Position numbers and translations under genes: made by a program. From an uncultured Parcubacteria group bacterium (GTDB taxonomy: Bacteria > Patescibacteriota > Patescibacteriia > UBA9934 > CAMTUG01): a stretch of 64,000 bases of DNA. Below, piece after piece: positions 47,578 through 56,872 of this stretch. The stretch is taken from positions 147,914 to 211,913 of the forward strand of contig CAMTUG010000001.1 of the NCBI GenBank assembly GCA_947084965.1, read 5' to 3'. Numbering within the stretch: the stretch's first letter is position 1; the number at the start of each line of letters is the position of its first letter. The notes under the pieces are model-generated. The model worked only from the letters and a program-made list of their open reading frames with translations, ran no database searches and had not been told where the DNA came from.

Positions 47578-48798
47578 ATGGAAGAAGCGGCATTGTCGGT
47601 CGGACAATTTATTCAGATCATCAACGAAACGCTCCGCCAAACGTTTGCCGGGCCTTTTGTGATTGAGGGGGAGATTTCAGGCTACACGGTGAAGGACGGG
47701 AAGTGGATTATTTTTAGTTTGAAAGATGAGGCTGAAGCGAATACGAAGTTGAAATGTTTCGCCACGGTCTACAAAGTGAGTGGAAGTTTTGAAGATGGGA
47801 TGCGGGTGCGGGTGTCGGGGATGCCAAGCGTAAAGCAGTGGAGTGATTTTCAGCTTGATGTGCAGCAGATGGAACCGGTGGGGGAGGGGGCGCTCAAACG
47901 GGCCTATGATCTGCTCAAGAAAAAACTTGAAGCAGAAGGATTGTTTTCAATCGCGCGCAAGAGAGAGATTCCAAAGTTTCCAGAACGCATCGGATTAATC
48001 ACCTCGAGTGACGCCGCTGCGTACGGAGACTTTTTGCGTATCTTGAATAATCGTTGGGGCGGAGTAACCGTTTTGCACGCCAACGTGCGGGTGCAAGGGA
48101 AAGAAGCGGTCGGCGAAATTTTGCAGGCGTTTCAAGCCTTTGGGTCTTTGTCGAAGAACGAACGACCTGATGTGATCGTTTTGACGCGCGGTGGTGGATC
48201 GCTTGAGGACTTGCACTCCTTTAATGATGAGCAGGTCGCCCGGGCGGTGTACGGCTCCTCGATCCCGGTTGTCTGCGGCGTTGGTCATGAGCGCGATGAA
48301 TCGCTCTGTGATTTTGTTGCTGATGTGCGCGCTTCAACGCCGAGTAATGCGGCGGAGCGTGTGGTACCGGATCGCCGCGATGTTTCGTACGCTCTGAACA
48401 TGATGATCGAACGGATGGGGGACCGCCTGCACCGCACGATCGATGACCGCAAGAACGTGATCGATTCCGCCATGCGATCGATCACCCACGTGATGGAGCG
48501 ACAGAAGGCGAGTGTGGATCATATCGTCCAGCGACTGCTCTTGCGCACCGGAGGATGGACAGCCCAGATTCGTCAGTCGGTTGAAGCATCGGAGCGCCTG
48601 CTCAAGAACGTGGATCCGACACGTGTCCTCTCTCGTGGCTATTCCATTGTGAAGATCGGCGAGAAAGTCATCAAAGATGCGAGCGAGCTTGAGGCTGGGG
48701 CTATGATTGAGGTAACATTGGGGCGCGGAGGATTTGAGGCGGAAATAGGGAAAATCCGAAATCCGAACTTCGAAACAAATTCGAATCGGAAATCGTAA
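47578..48798 (+). CDS. xseA: Exodeoxyribonuclease VII large subunit
   Basis: GEIS, VQGKEA, RGGGSLEDL, GVGHERD, RASTPSNAAE, VLSRGYS. Confidence 0.95.
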   Translation: MEEAALSVGQFIQIINETLRQTFAGPFVIEGEISGYTVKDGKWIIFSLKDEAEANTKLKCFATVYKVSGSFEDGMRVRVSGMPSVKQWSDFQLDVQQMEPVGEGALKRAYDLLKKKLEAEGLFSIARKREIPKFPERIGLITSSDAAAYGDFLRILNNRWGGVTVLHANVRVQGKEAVGEILQAFQAFGSLSKNERPDVIVLTRGGGSLEDLHSFNDEQVARAVYGSSIPVVCGVGHERDESLCDFVADVRASTPSNAAERVVPDRRDVSYALNMMIERMGDRLHRTIDDRKNVIDSAMRSITHVMERQKASVDHIVQRLLLRTGGWTAQIRQSVEASERLLKNVDPTRVLSRGYSIVKIGEKVIKDASELEAGAMIEVTLGRGGFEAEIGKIRNPNFETNSNRKS

Positions 48799-48868
48799 GT
48801 TTGAAAATGCTTTCCCCCCTTTCCTATTTTCCGATTGTTTCGGATTTCGATATTCGAGTTTCGTATTT
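48752..48868. repeat. Family A heptamer palindrome, copy 4 (overlaps xseA 3' end)
   Basis: AAATCCG AAATCCG AACTTCG AAACAAATTCGAA ... TTGTTTCGGATTTCGATATTCG. Confidence 0.85.
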
Positions 48869-48878
48869 ATAATCATCT

Positions 48879-49079
48879 ATGCCAAAAAAGGAAATCAATT
48901 TTGCCAAAGCGTTCGAGGAGTTGGAGGCGATCACCGAATGGTTTGAGCAGGACGGCGCCGATCTTGATGAAGGTTTGAAAAAGTTCGAACGCGGTCTCGA
49001 GCTGGCCAAACTGTGCAAAGAAAAGTTAGCAGAAGTGGAGAATCAGGTCGAGATGATCAAAAAGAAATTTGTTGAATAG
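48879..49079 (+). CDS. xseB: Exodeoxyribonuclease VII small subunit
   Basis: FAKAFEELEAI...LDEGLKKFERGLELAKLC. Confidence 0.92.
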   Translation: MPKKEINFAKAFEELEAITEWFEQDGADLDEGLKKFERGLELAKLCKEKLAEVENQVEMIKKKFVE

Positions 49080-49080
49080 T

Positions 49081-49761
49081 ATGGCGATCTTTGTTTTGTC
49101 TGTTGGGGGGTCGACGGTCGTTCCGGGCGGCGTGCCGAACGTGAAGTTTTTGCGCGAACTCCGTACGCTGCTGTTGCGCGGAGTGAAAGTCGGGCATCAG
49201 TTTGTGATTGTCACCGGCGGCGGAGGAACGTGTCGAACGTACCAAGATGCCCTAAAGCAGCTTGGTGGTTCGCGTGATGACCTTGATTGGATCGGGATTC
49301 ACACGACGCGATTTAATGCTCAACTGTTACGATTGGCTTTGGGTAAAGCGGCAGCCAAAGAGATCACGATCGCGCCGACCGATCTGCCCCAAAAGCCCAA
49401 GGATAAAATCATGATCAGTGGTGGATGGAAGCCGGGGAACTCAACCGACACCAAGGCGGTTCAGCTCGCCAAGCGCGTTGGAGCCAAACTCGTCATCAAT
49501 ATCAGCAACGTCGACTATCTTTACACCAAAGATCCGCGTAAGTTCAAAGACGCAGAGGTGATCGAAGAGACGACCTGGAAAGCGTACCGCAAAATGATCG
49601 GTACCAAGTGGACGCCAGGGATGAATATTCCATTTGACCCGATCGCCTCCAAGCTCGCAGATCAATCCAAGATCGATGTCTTGCTTCTCGGCCCTGACAC
49701 TAAAAATCTCGAACGCGCCTTAACCGGCAACGCATTCAAAGGCACTGTGATCCACAAATAA
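49081..49761 (+). CDS. pyrH: UMP kinase (archaeal-type)
   Basis: SVGGS, TGGG, DWIGIHTTR, GGWKPGNSTD, YTKDP, PFDPIA. Confidence 0.9.
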   Translation: MAIFVLSVGGSTVVPGGVPNVKFLRELRTLLLRGVKVGHQFVIVTGGGGTCRTYQDALKQLGGSRDDLDWIGIHTTRFNAQLLRLALGKAAAKEITIAPTDLPQKPKDKIMISGGWKPGNSTDTKAVQLAKRVGAKLVINISNVDYLYTKDPRKFKDAEVIEETTWKAYRKMIGTKWTPGMNIPFDPIASKLADQSKIDVLLLGPDTKNLERALTGNAFKGTVIHK

Positions 49762-49791
49762 GATAGGCGAGGCCTAGTGGCCCCGCCTATC
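49762..49791 (+). repeat. REP-like palindrome (family B, copy 4)
   Basis: GATAGGCGAGGCCTAGTGGCCCCGCCTATC. Confidence 0.8.
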
Positions 49792-49837
49792 TCTATCTCC
49801 TCTTTTTTCCTCTCAACCTCTCTCCTCTAACCATCTT

Positions 49838-50239
49838 TTACTTCAACGTGACGGTGGCACCAGCGGCTTCGAGCTTGGCCTTCAATTCGTCGGCTTCGGC
49901 TTTCTTGGCACCTGGTTTGACGACTTTCGGTGCGCCATCGACGATGTCTTTGGCTTCCTTCAATCCGAGGCCGGTGACTTCGCGCACGACTTTGATCACA
50001 TTGATCTTCTGTTCGCCAGCGGAGGTCAATTCGACATCAAACGAATCCTTCACTTCCGCTTCGGCGGCGCCACCAGCGGCTGGGGCGGCCATCATCATGG
50101 CAGGAGCGGCGGCGCTCACACCAAATTTGTCTTCGAGCACTTTGACCAATTCGGCGAGGTCAAGGACGCTCATCTTTTCGATTTCGGACACGAGTGCCTG
50201 GAACTTGGCTGGCACTTCAACCTTGTTTTCTTCTGACAT
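49838..50239 (-). CDS. rplL: 50S ribosomal protein L7/L12
   Basis: [29 protein letters not shown]. Confidence 0.98.
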   Translation of the reverse strand: MSEENKVEVPAKFQALVSEIEKMSVLDLAELVKVLEDKFGVSAAAPAMMMAAPAAGGAAEAEVKDSFDVELTSAGEQKINVIKVVREVTGLGLKEAKDIVDGAPKVVKPGAKKAEADELKAKLEAAGATVTLK

Positions 50240-50248
50240 AGTTTTAAG

Positions 50249-50776
50249 TTAAGCGGGTTTCTTATCTTTGACCGCGTTCAGGACGTTCACGAGGCCGCGC
50301 AAGTTACCAGCAAGTACGTTGACGAAGCCGGAGATCGGCGCATTGAGTGTTCCAACCAACTGACCAAGCAATTCCTGTTTGCCTGGGAGTTTGGAAAGGG
50401 ACGTAACCATGGACGCTTCGATTCCCTTGTTCTCGAGGATACCGCCGACGAACGACATCGTCTCGCGGCCCTTTACGAACTTGGCCATCATTTTGGCTGG
50501 ACCCACTTCGTCTTCGTAACCGACGACGGTGAGCACCGAACCTTCCATGTGGCGGAGATCGATCCCTTCGAGGCCAGCCGATTTGGCGGCCAAGTCGAGA
50601 AGCGTCTTTTTGGCGATGAACACTTCCATACCGCCTTTCTTGGCTTCGGCACGGAGGGCGTTGGCATCATCCATGGTGTACCCGCTGATCTTGGTAAAGA
50701 CCGCGGACTTCATGCGCCCAAACTTGTCGGCGATCTCTTGAACGATCGCTTCCTTTTGATCCCTTGATTTGGGCAT
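50249..50776 (-). CDS. rplJ: 50S ribosomal protein L10
   Basis: KKTLL, LSKLPGKQELLGQL; upstream of rplL. Confidence 0.95.
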   Translation of the reverse strand: MPKSRDQKEAIVQEIADKFGRMKSAVFTKISGYTMDDANALRAEAKKGGMEVFIAKKTLLDLAAKSAGLEGIDLRHMEGSVLTVVGYEDEVGPAKMMAKFVKGRETMSFVGGILENKGIEASMVTSLSKLPGKQELLGQLVGTLNAPISGFVNVLAGNLRGLVNVLNAVKDKKPA

Positions 50777-50819
50777 AGGTTTGTTGTGGTTTCTTGGCGT
50801 TAGAGCCGAGAAACAAAAA

Positions 50820-50931
50820 TACGACCTTTATTAAAGCCGTAGGGCCGAGATTTAGAAAACCTCGAACGATACGCCTCGGCAGGACTTACCTGGGCTTTTG
50901 GCCCAAAACCTGCTGTCTACAGCTTCTGACC
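50820..50931 (-). promoter_or_regulatory. L10 leader RNA
   Basis: GTAGACAGCAGG ... TAAGTCCTGCCGAGG on the minus strand, matching the L10 leader core. Confidence 0.85.
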
Positions 50932-50976
50932 GGAGTATACGGGGGTTTCTTTAAAAGGTCAATATATAAACCCAAA

Positions 50977-50998
50977 CCCCGCCCTTGCGGACGGGGCT
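50977..50998 (-). terminator. Terminator downstream of the tRNA
   Basis: Minus strand GCCCCGTCC-GCAA-GGGCGGGG then TTT. Confidence 0.65.
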
Positions 50999-51027
50999 AG
51001 ATGGTCCCGGAAGCGAGTTTTGACTCG

Positions 51028-51103
51028 TGGTGGACCGGACGGGAATCGAACCCGTAATTCCAGGTGTCAAGCCAGGCGGAGTTACCCTTACTCCCACCGG
51101 CCC
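51028..51103 (-). tRNA. Atypical tRNA (76 nt, CCA encoded); anticodon loop CUUGACA (UGA by position); Ala-type acceptor
   Basis: Cloverleaf GGGCCGG/CCGGTCC-ACCA, GGAGT/ACTCC D-stem, CCTGG/CCTGG anticodon stem with one mismatch, ACGGG-TTCGATT-CCCGT T-arm; isotype uncertain. Confidence 0.8.
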
Positions 51104-51221
51104 ACGGCTTCCGGGACGAAAACAGAAAGGCCCCCGAGATCATCGTGTGATGATTCTCGAGGGCCACTTCCGTGACACCTAGAGCTAAGGTTCATCGATA
51201 AACCCCCGCCTGGTTAGGATT

Positions 51222-51250
51222 ATTTCATCACATTTCGACGATTTTGTCAA
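51222..51250 (-). promoter_or_regulatory. sigma70 promoter for the tRNA precursor
   Basis: TTGACA-N17-TGAAAT on the minus strand. Confidence 0.55.
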
Positions 51251-51272
51251 CCGTGCTTTTGTGGATATTACC

Positions 51273-53417
51273 CTAGAATCCGAAGCGCGAAATCGTGTTG
51301 TTGGAGAGAACGGTGATCGTTTTGCCGATCTCATCGACGATCATACTCTTTGCCCCCTTGAACGCATCGTTTTGATATTGAGCGATGAGTGTTCCTTTGT
51401 CTTTGTTCAACAAAACCACGCGTCCCTCAACAGGATCAAGAATGTAGAGCGTCGTTGATGTTTCGTTCGTCCATAGTTCTGTTGCTCGCAAGAGCGGCGG
51501 ATCGACCTGTGTTGCTTTCCAATCTGTTTCTTTGCCTGAGAGGAATCGCACGATCGTGCCGTCCGCTTTCAACACCCAGATGTAGCCGTCGATGGCGATT
51601 GCTGTGCCATCCGTCAGAGTCGAGACGCCGCTCACGACCCATGCTGAACCGCCGTCGAATCCGCTGGCGGTTGACTGGTGTCTGTAAATCTGGCCTGTGG
51701 CAGGAGAGAGGATGTACATCTTGCCGGCGTAGTAGGCGAGATCAAGCCCTTCGCGGCTGACCGAGAGCGGGGTGACCTGACCACTTTCCGGGATGTAGCG
51801 TGAGAGTCCGTCGTCGAGCCAGTAGACCGCATTGTCGCTTGTGGTCGTTGCCTTTGGTGCACCGACTTCGCCTTTGGTCACCGAAACTTCCGCGATGGAT
51901 TTGTCTGTCGTATTTACAGCGAAGATGCTGCCGGTGTCGCTCACGGCGTACGTCGTACCATTAAAGTTCACCAGAGCGTTGAGCGCTGTTTCACTCGTGA
52001 CGATCGTTTCGGGCGAGACGACGGTCAGGTGGCGAAGCTCGTTGCGAGACGCTGCGATCTTTTCTTTGAGTGCGATTGTGGTTGAGGCTCGATCTTCATC
52101 ATCACCTGTAGGTAGTCCCTCGACCAATCCCATCGCCTCTGCGAGCAGTGATGCGGCCTGTTCTTCGTTGCCGTAAATCAAACTGGCCTCAGCGTTTTCA
52201 ATCTTTTTTTCAATCGCTTCCACAGATTGATTGAACGCTTCGCGTTCGGCCGCGTGCGTTTGCTGTTTGTTCATGAGGACAAGTCCACTGACGAGCACAA
52301 AGGCCACTCCGACAATACCGAGGAGGATATACTTACTCGTTTTTGGCAGGGAATTGAATTTGCTGATCACGGCCCGGGCCGCAAGATCAAATCGTTTGCC
52401 CAAACGGCTGACGGTAGAGAAGGATTTTCTTGGCTCGGTGACAATCCGTTTCGTAATCAAGAAGAGAGCGACGGCCAGGCCGACGACAATCTTTCCCGCG
52501 ATCGTAATGACGACAACGATCATCCGCCAGAGGAATCGCACCAGCCGCCTGAGCATCTTGCGTCGCATCTCTGCTCCGCGAGAAGGGAAGAGAAATCGCC
52601 AGACTTTCATCAGAATGCCGCGCACTTCTGGCTTTTGTTCAGAAAGAAATTTGTCTGTCTTTGAAGTGGTTCTGTCTAACTGTTCGAGTGATGCTTCCGC
52701 CGTCGCACTGCTGACTTGGAGCGGTTCATCAATACGTTCGGCTTTGAGGACGACGGTGGCGAAGGTGGTACTTTGTGGGAGGTATTGGCGAATTTTTGAA
52801 ACGGCGCTGTTCGGAGGCAAGGTTGTGAGCACGTCGTTTAACGTTCCTGGCGCAATGTCATGTCGTGAAAGGCGGGCTCCTAAATACAAAACATCACCAG
52901 AGCGTAATTCGCCATCGAGGACGGTCAAGAACGGCTTTTTCCAACTTGGCATCTCCTCTTCAACGCGCATTCCGCGGCCTAAGTCATACACCTCGTAGCG
53001 TTCCTTTTCACTTTTGTGCAAAAACTGAGCGGCGAGCGAACCGAACCCACTGACGATGACTAGCTGTTCGTCCGCAATACCGATGACTGACGAGGTGTCG
53101 TTGATGGAAAGAGAGAACGTTCCTTCTTCAAAGGCCCGTCCAATATCTTCATTGAGCGCTTGCAGAAGCTGTTCAAAGCGGTGGGTCAAATTCGTCGTTG
53201 CTTCGACCGTATCAGCCAGACGCTCCAGGTGGGTGTGGATGATCGACTCGACCGCCTCGAATGATTCTTTGCTCCCATGGGCCGAAAGGACGCCGAATAC
53301 AAACCCATGGATAGGCTCGACCGTCATCAGGAACGACTGCGCATGGAGGCTCGCTTCGCCCGATTCTTCCGCATATTGGGCCGCTTTCAGGATGTGGATG
53401 GATTTTTCGTCTTTCAT
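51273..53417 (-). CDS. Large membrane protein (phosphatase-like N-terminus, TM, beta-propeller C-terminus)
   Basis: 714 aa; central TM helices; C-terminal repeats such as YILSP..GQIYR and IAIDGYIWVL. Confidence 0.75.
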   Translation of the reverse strand: MKDEKSIHILKAAQYAEESGEASLHAQSFLMTVEPIHGFVFGVLSAHGSKESFEAVESIIHTHLERLADTVEATTNLTHRFEQLLQALNEDIGRAFEEGTFSLSINDTSSVIGIADEQLVIVSGFGSLAAQFLHKSEKERYEVYDLGRGMRVEEEMPSWKKPFLTVLDGELRSGDVLYLGARLSRHDIAPGTLNDVLTTLPPNSAVSKIRQYLPQSTTFATVVLKAERIDEPLQVSSATAEASLEQLDRTTSKTDKFLSEQKPEVRGILMKVWRFLFPSRGAEMRRKMLRRLVRFLWRMIVVVITIAGKIVVGLAVALFLITKRIVTEPRKSFSTVSRLGKRFDLAARAVISKFNSLPKTSKYILLGIVGVAFVLVSGLVLMNKQQTHAAEREAFNQSVEAIEKKIENAEASLIYGNEEQAASLLAEAMGLVEGLPTGDDEDRASTTIALKEKIAASRNELRHLTVVSPETIVTSETALNALVNFNGTTYAVSDTGSIFAVNTTDKSIAEVSVTKGEVGAPKATTTSDNAVYWLDDGLSRYIPESGQVTPLSVSREGLDLAYYAGKMYILSPATGQIYRHQSTASGFDGGSAWVVSGVSTLTDGTAIAIDGYIWVLKADGTIVRFLSGKETDWKATQVDPPLLRATELWTNETSTTLYILDPVEGRVVLLNKDKGTLIAQYQNDAFKGAKSMIVDEIGKTITVLSNNTISRFGF

Positions 53418-53505
53418 ACAACAAGTCTAGCATTGACCCCCTGATTCCTATTCCTGTACATTATACGGCATGGGGGAGTAAGGGCAATACCTGATTGAAT
53501 ACTAT

Positions 53506-54132
53506 ATGGCGTCAGACCCCACAAAAAAAGCAAAAGGCGGGTTCCGGGTTGAACACCTCTTTGGTTCGCAGACGCGCGCACGTTTGCTTGCGATCTTTGT
53601 TCAATCTCCGGACCAGCCATTTTTTGTTCGCGAGTTGACTCGTCGTATCGATGCTCAGCTCAATTCCGTGCGTCGCGAGCTGATAAACTTGGTTGCATTA
53701 GGAATTATCCGTGAAGTCGTTGAGGAAGCGGAGAATAAAAAAGACAAGAAAAAGTTTTACGTTGCGGACCAAGATTTTCTGCTGTTTGGAGATTTACGTT
53801 CGCTGATGAAGAAGATTCAGCTGTTGATGAAGAAAAATCTTGTTCAAGAGATCGACACCAAGGCCAAAGTCGATCTGCTCATCCTCACCGGTCGTTTTGT
53901 CGATAACAACGAAGCGCCGGTCGATCTCCTGGTCGTAGGCGACATGAAGGAAGAAGAGATGCAAAAGATGTTGCAAACATTTGAAAAGGAATTCGGATTA
54001 GAGGTAAACTTTACCATCATGACCCGCGAAGAGTACGGATACCGTAAGCAGGTGTCCGATCGGTTCCTCTACGGAATCTTAAATGCGGAGCACATGACGA
54101 TGATCGACCGTATCTCGGTCAAAGCCAAATAA
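53506..54132 (+). CDS. Winged-HTH plus nucleotidyltransferase-like protein
   Basis: LFGSQTRARLL, VRELTR...NSVRREL, VDLLVVG. Confidence 0.75.
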   Translation: MASDPTKKAKGGFRVEHLFGSQTRARLLAIFVQSPDQPFFVRELTRRIDAQLNSVRRELINLVALGIIREVVEEAENKKDKKKFYVADQDFLLFGDLRSLMKKIQLLMKKNLVQEIDTKAKVDLLILTGRFVDNNEAPVDLLVVGDMKEEEMQKMLQTFEKEFGLEVNFTIMTREEYGYRKQVSDRFLYGILNAEHMTMIDRISVKAK

Positions 54133-54134
54133 CT

Positions 54135-54530
54135 ATGCGCCTGCTGATCCGTGCTCAAGATATTGCCTGGACCACGATCGGCCTCTCGGAACATGGGCGC
54201 GTCAAGGTGTCGGGACGTGTGGATTCAAGGCCGGAGACGATCTTAAACGCCGTACTCGACTTTCTCCGCCGAGAAAAAACAGATCTGCAAGCGATCGATT
54301 CGATCGGGATCGTGCGTGGGGTCGGGTCGTTCACGTCGCTCCGAAATTCGCTCACCTTCGTAAATACGGTACAATACGTTCGTGACCTGCCGATCGCTGG
54401 TGTTGTCGCCGGTTTGACCGAAGCGGATCGAACGGTCCTCGGCCGTCTCGCTCGCGCTCGCGCGACAAAGAAAACGCTCCAGCCATCGTATGGGCGGAAA
54501 GCGATGATCACTAAATCTAAGAGAAAGTAG
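54135..54530 (+). CDS. tsaB: Short TsaB-like protein
   Basis: IDSIGIVRGVGSFTSLR resembles GPGSFTGLR; C-terminal PSY. Confidence 0.65.
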   Translation: MRLLIRAQDIAWTTIGLSEHGRVKVSGRVDSRPETILNAVLDFLRREKTDLQAIDSIGIVRGVGSFTSLRNSLTFVNTVQYVRDLPIAGVVAGLTEADRTVLGRLARARATKKTLQPSYGRKAMITKSKRK

Positions 54531-54587
54531 TAAGCGGTAAGTAGTAAGCAGAGAAACAAGTGTCTCCACTTACCACGTACCAATTAC
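54527..54587. repeat. TTACCAC-heptamer palindromic element (family E, copy 2)
   Basis: GTAGTAA GCGGTAA GTAGTAA ... TGTCTC CACTTAC CACGTAC CAATTAC. Confidence 0.7.
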
Positions 54588-54605
54588 TCATAACCAAAAA
54601 GACCT

Positions 54606-55286
54606 ATGCCCGACGCCCTCTTTATCGTCCAGTCCGCGTTCGCCGATATGTGGAGTTCCCTCATTACGTTCCTGCCGCGCTTCGTCGGAGCGCTCGTCGT
54701 CTTCCTGATCGGCGTGATTATCGCCGGGCTTTTGAAGCGCCTGGTGATGCGCCTGTCGGACATGTTGAAGCTCGACATGATCGCCGAAAAGCTCGAGGTC
54801 AAGCAGTCGTTCCAGAAAGCGGGGATGAAGTTGCATGTCGCCGCCCTTCTCGGGTGGATCGTCAAATGGTTCTTCGTCATCGTCTTCTTGATCGCCGCCA
54901 CCGACATCCTCGGTTGGGGAGAAGTCACCAGCTTCTTGAAGGACGTGGTGATGTACTTGCCAAACGTGATCATCGCCGTGATCATCCTGTTGGTCGGGGT
55001 GCTCGTTGCCAATTTTACCCGCAACGTGGTCAAGTCTGCGGTTGAAGCGGCCCACCTCACGAGCGGTGATTTCCTGTCTGGACTCAGCCGCTGGTCGATC
55101 CTTGTCTTCTCCTTCATGGCCGCCTTGGTCCAGTTGGGAATCGCCGAAGGATTAATCCAAACGCTGTTCACAGGGTTCATCGCCATGCTGGCGATCGCTG
55201 GTGGATTAGCCTTCGGTTTGGGGGGCAAGGAACAGGCCGCGAAGTTCCTCGGTAAATTGAAGCGCGATATCTCGTCTGAAGAATAA
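54606..55286 (+). CDS. TM-helix repeat protein (MscS TM1 / CmpX-like)
   Basis: FLPRFVGALVVFLIG, YLPNVIIAVIIL, LAFGLGGK. Confidence 0.82.
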   Translation: MPDALFIVQSAFADMWSSLITFLPRFVGALVVFLIGVIIAGLLKRLVMRLSDMLKLDMIAEKLEVKQSFQKAGMKLHVAALLGWIVKWFFVIVFLIAATDILGWGEVTSFLKDVVMYLPNVIIAVIILLVGVLVANFTRNVVKSAVEAAHLTSGDFLSGLSRWSILVFSFMAALVQLGIAEGLIQTLFTGFIAMLAIAGGLAFGLGGKEQAAKFLGKLKRDISSEE

Positions 55287-55291
55287 TTGAT

Positions 55292-56770
55292 GTGCGGACA
55301 CAGTACGGAGAACACCGATTTCTCGAGGTGGTCCCAGGCGCTCTCGTCTGGGCCACCTTTGTGTTAGCGATCGTTCTTTCCTTTGTAGCCCCGATCCCGG
55401 TGATCATTTTTATTATCGTCTTTGATCTGTACTGGCTTTTTCGAGTGATCTATTTCGTGACCTACCTGATCGCTTCGTACCGTCGATATAAAAAGGAGAT
55501 TCTGGTCGATTGGTTTGCGGAGCTTCAGAAAATCCCTAACTGGCAGAGGATTCATCATGTCGTGTTTTTGCCAACGTACAAAGAAGGATATGAGATTTTA
55601 AAGGCGGCCGTTGTATCTCTGGTGAAATCGACGTATCCGAGCGATCGGATGATCGTCGTTTTGGCCGGGGAAGAACGCGATCGCGACGCGTTTGAAAAGA
55701 TGGCTAAACGTTTGGGGGAGGAATACGGTAAAGCCTTCGCCAAGTTTTTGATCACGGTACACCCAAAAAATTTGCCAGACGAAATTCCTGGGAAAGGATC
55801 GAACTTGGCGTATGCGGCCTCTCAGGTGAAGCCATTGATTGAAGAGATGCAGATCCCTGTGGAGGATGTGGTCGTAAGCGCTTTTGATGTCGATACGATC
55901 GCTCATCCACACTATTTCGCGCGGCTGACCCAAATCTATCTGACCACGCCAGATCCGACCCGATCGTCGTATCAACCACTGACCACGTTCAGCAACAATA
56001 TTTGGAATGCGACCGCTCCGGTGCGTGTCGCTTCGTTTGGAACGACCTTTTGGCTCTTAACCGAACTGGCGCGTCCGGAACGGAGCTGGACCTTTTCTTC
56101 ACACAGCATGTCTTGGAAGATGCTGCTCGACGTTGGATTTTGGGAGAAGAATATGGTGAGTGAAGATTCTCGTATCTTCTTGCAAGGATTGCTGCATTAT
56201 CACGGCGATTATCGGGTTACCCCGATCTATCTTCCTGTGTCCATGGACGCGGTCACCGGGTCGACCTACGTCGAGTCGCTCAAGGCGTTGTACAAACAAC
56301 AGCGTCGCTGGGCTTGGGGGGTTGAACACTTTCCGTACATGGTGCCGCGATTGTTGGCGGACAGATTGATGCCGATGCGTACAAAAATAAAGTACATCTG
56401 GAATCACATGGAAGGGATGTATACCTGGGGCACAGCGCCAATTCTGATCTTCATTCTCGGCTATCTACCGTTGTGGGTTTCGCGCGAAGCATCTTCTGTG
56501 CTTGTCGCTTCCACGCCGTTCACCCTTGAGTGGATCATGCGTTTGGCGATGGTCGGTGTGTTTGTTTCCGGGATCCTCGGCATGCTGATGCTCCCTGATC
56601 GCCCGAAGCACGTCAAACCCTACACCTGGGTGGTGATGCTTCTCCAGTGGGCATTGATGCCGTTTACCTTTATTTTATTCGGTGCTTTTCCTGCGATCGA
56701 CGCGCAGACGCGTTTGATGCTCGGTCGCTATCTTGGGTTCAACGTGACCAAGAAGAACGCGCGCAAGTAA
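55292..56770 (+). CDS. Processive glycosyltransferase family 2
   Basis: PTYKE, GKGSN, FDVD, SEDS, QQRRWAWG (QxxRW). Confidence 0.88.
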   Translation: MRTQYGEHRFLEVVPGALVWATFVLAIVLSFVAPIPVIIFIIVFDLYWLFRVIYFVTYLIASYRRYKKEILVDWFAELQKIPNWQRIHHVVFLPTYKEGYEILKAAVVSLVKSTYPSDRMIVVLAGEERDRDAFEKMAKRLGEEYGKAFAKFLITVHPKNLPDEIPGKGSNLAYAASQVKPLIEEMQIPVEDVVVSAFDVDTIAHPHYFARLTQIYLTTPDPTRSSYQPLTTFSNNIWNATAPVRVASFGTTFWLLTELARPERSWTFSSHSMSWKMLLDVGFWEKNMVSEDSRIFLQGLLHYHGDYRVTPIYLPVSMDAVTGSTYVESLKALYKQQRRWAWGVEHFPYMVPRLLADRLMPMRTKIKYIWNHMEGMYTWGTAPILIFILGYLPLWVSREASSVLVASTPFTLEWIMRLAMVGVFVSGILGMLMLPDRPKHVKPYTWVVMLLQWALMPFTFILFGAFPAIDAQTRLMLGRYLGFNVTKKNARK

Positions 56771-56780
56771 ACTTGACCTC

Positions 56781-56857
56781 CTCACCGCTACGCAGAATCC
56801 CGTCACGACATAGATTCTTGGTCATTAATGTCGTGACGGGATTCCGCTCCGCGGTTC
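56781..56857. repeat. Palindromic element family C, copy 2
   Basis: CGCAGAATCCCGTCACGACAT...ATGTCGTGACGGGATTCCG. Confidence 0.8.
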
Positions 56858-56872
56858 GGAGGGCACAAGTTA

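Noticed and set aside
49792-49837. CT-rich low-complexity tract after pyrH
   Set aside because: Single short occurrence with no complementary arm; insufficient to call an element
49081-54530. Archaeal-type pyrH and short tsaB as novelties
   Set aside because: Both are, to my knowledge, common in CPR genomes; used only as taxonomic hints
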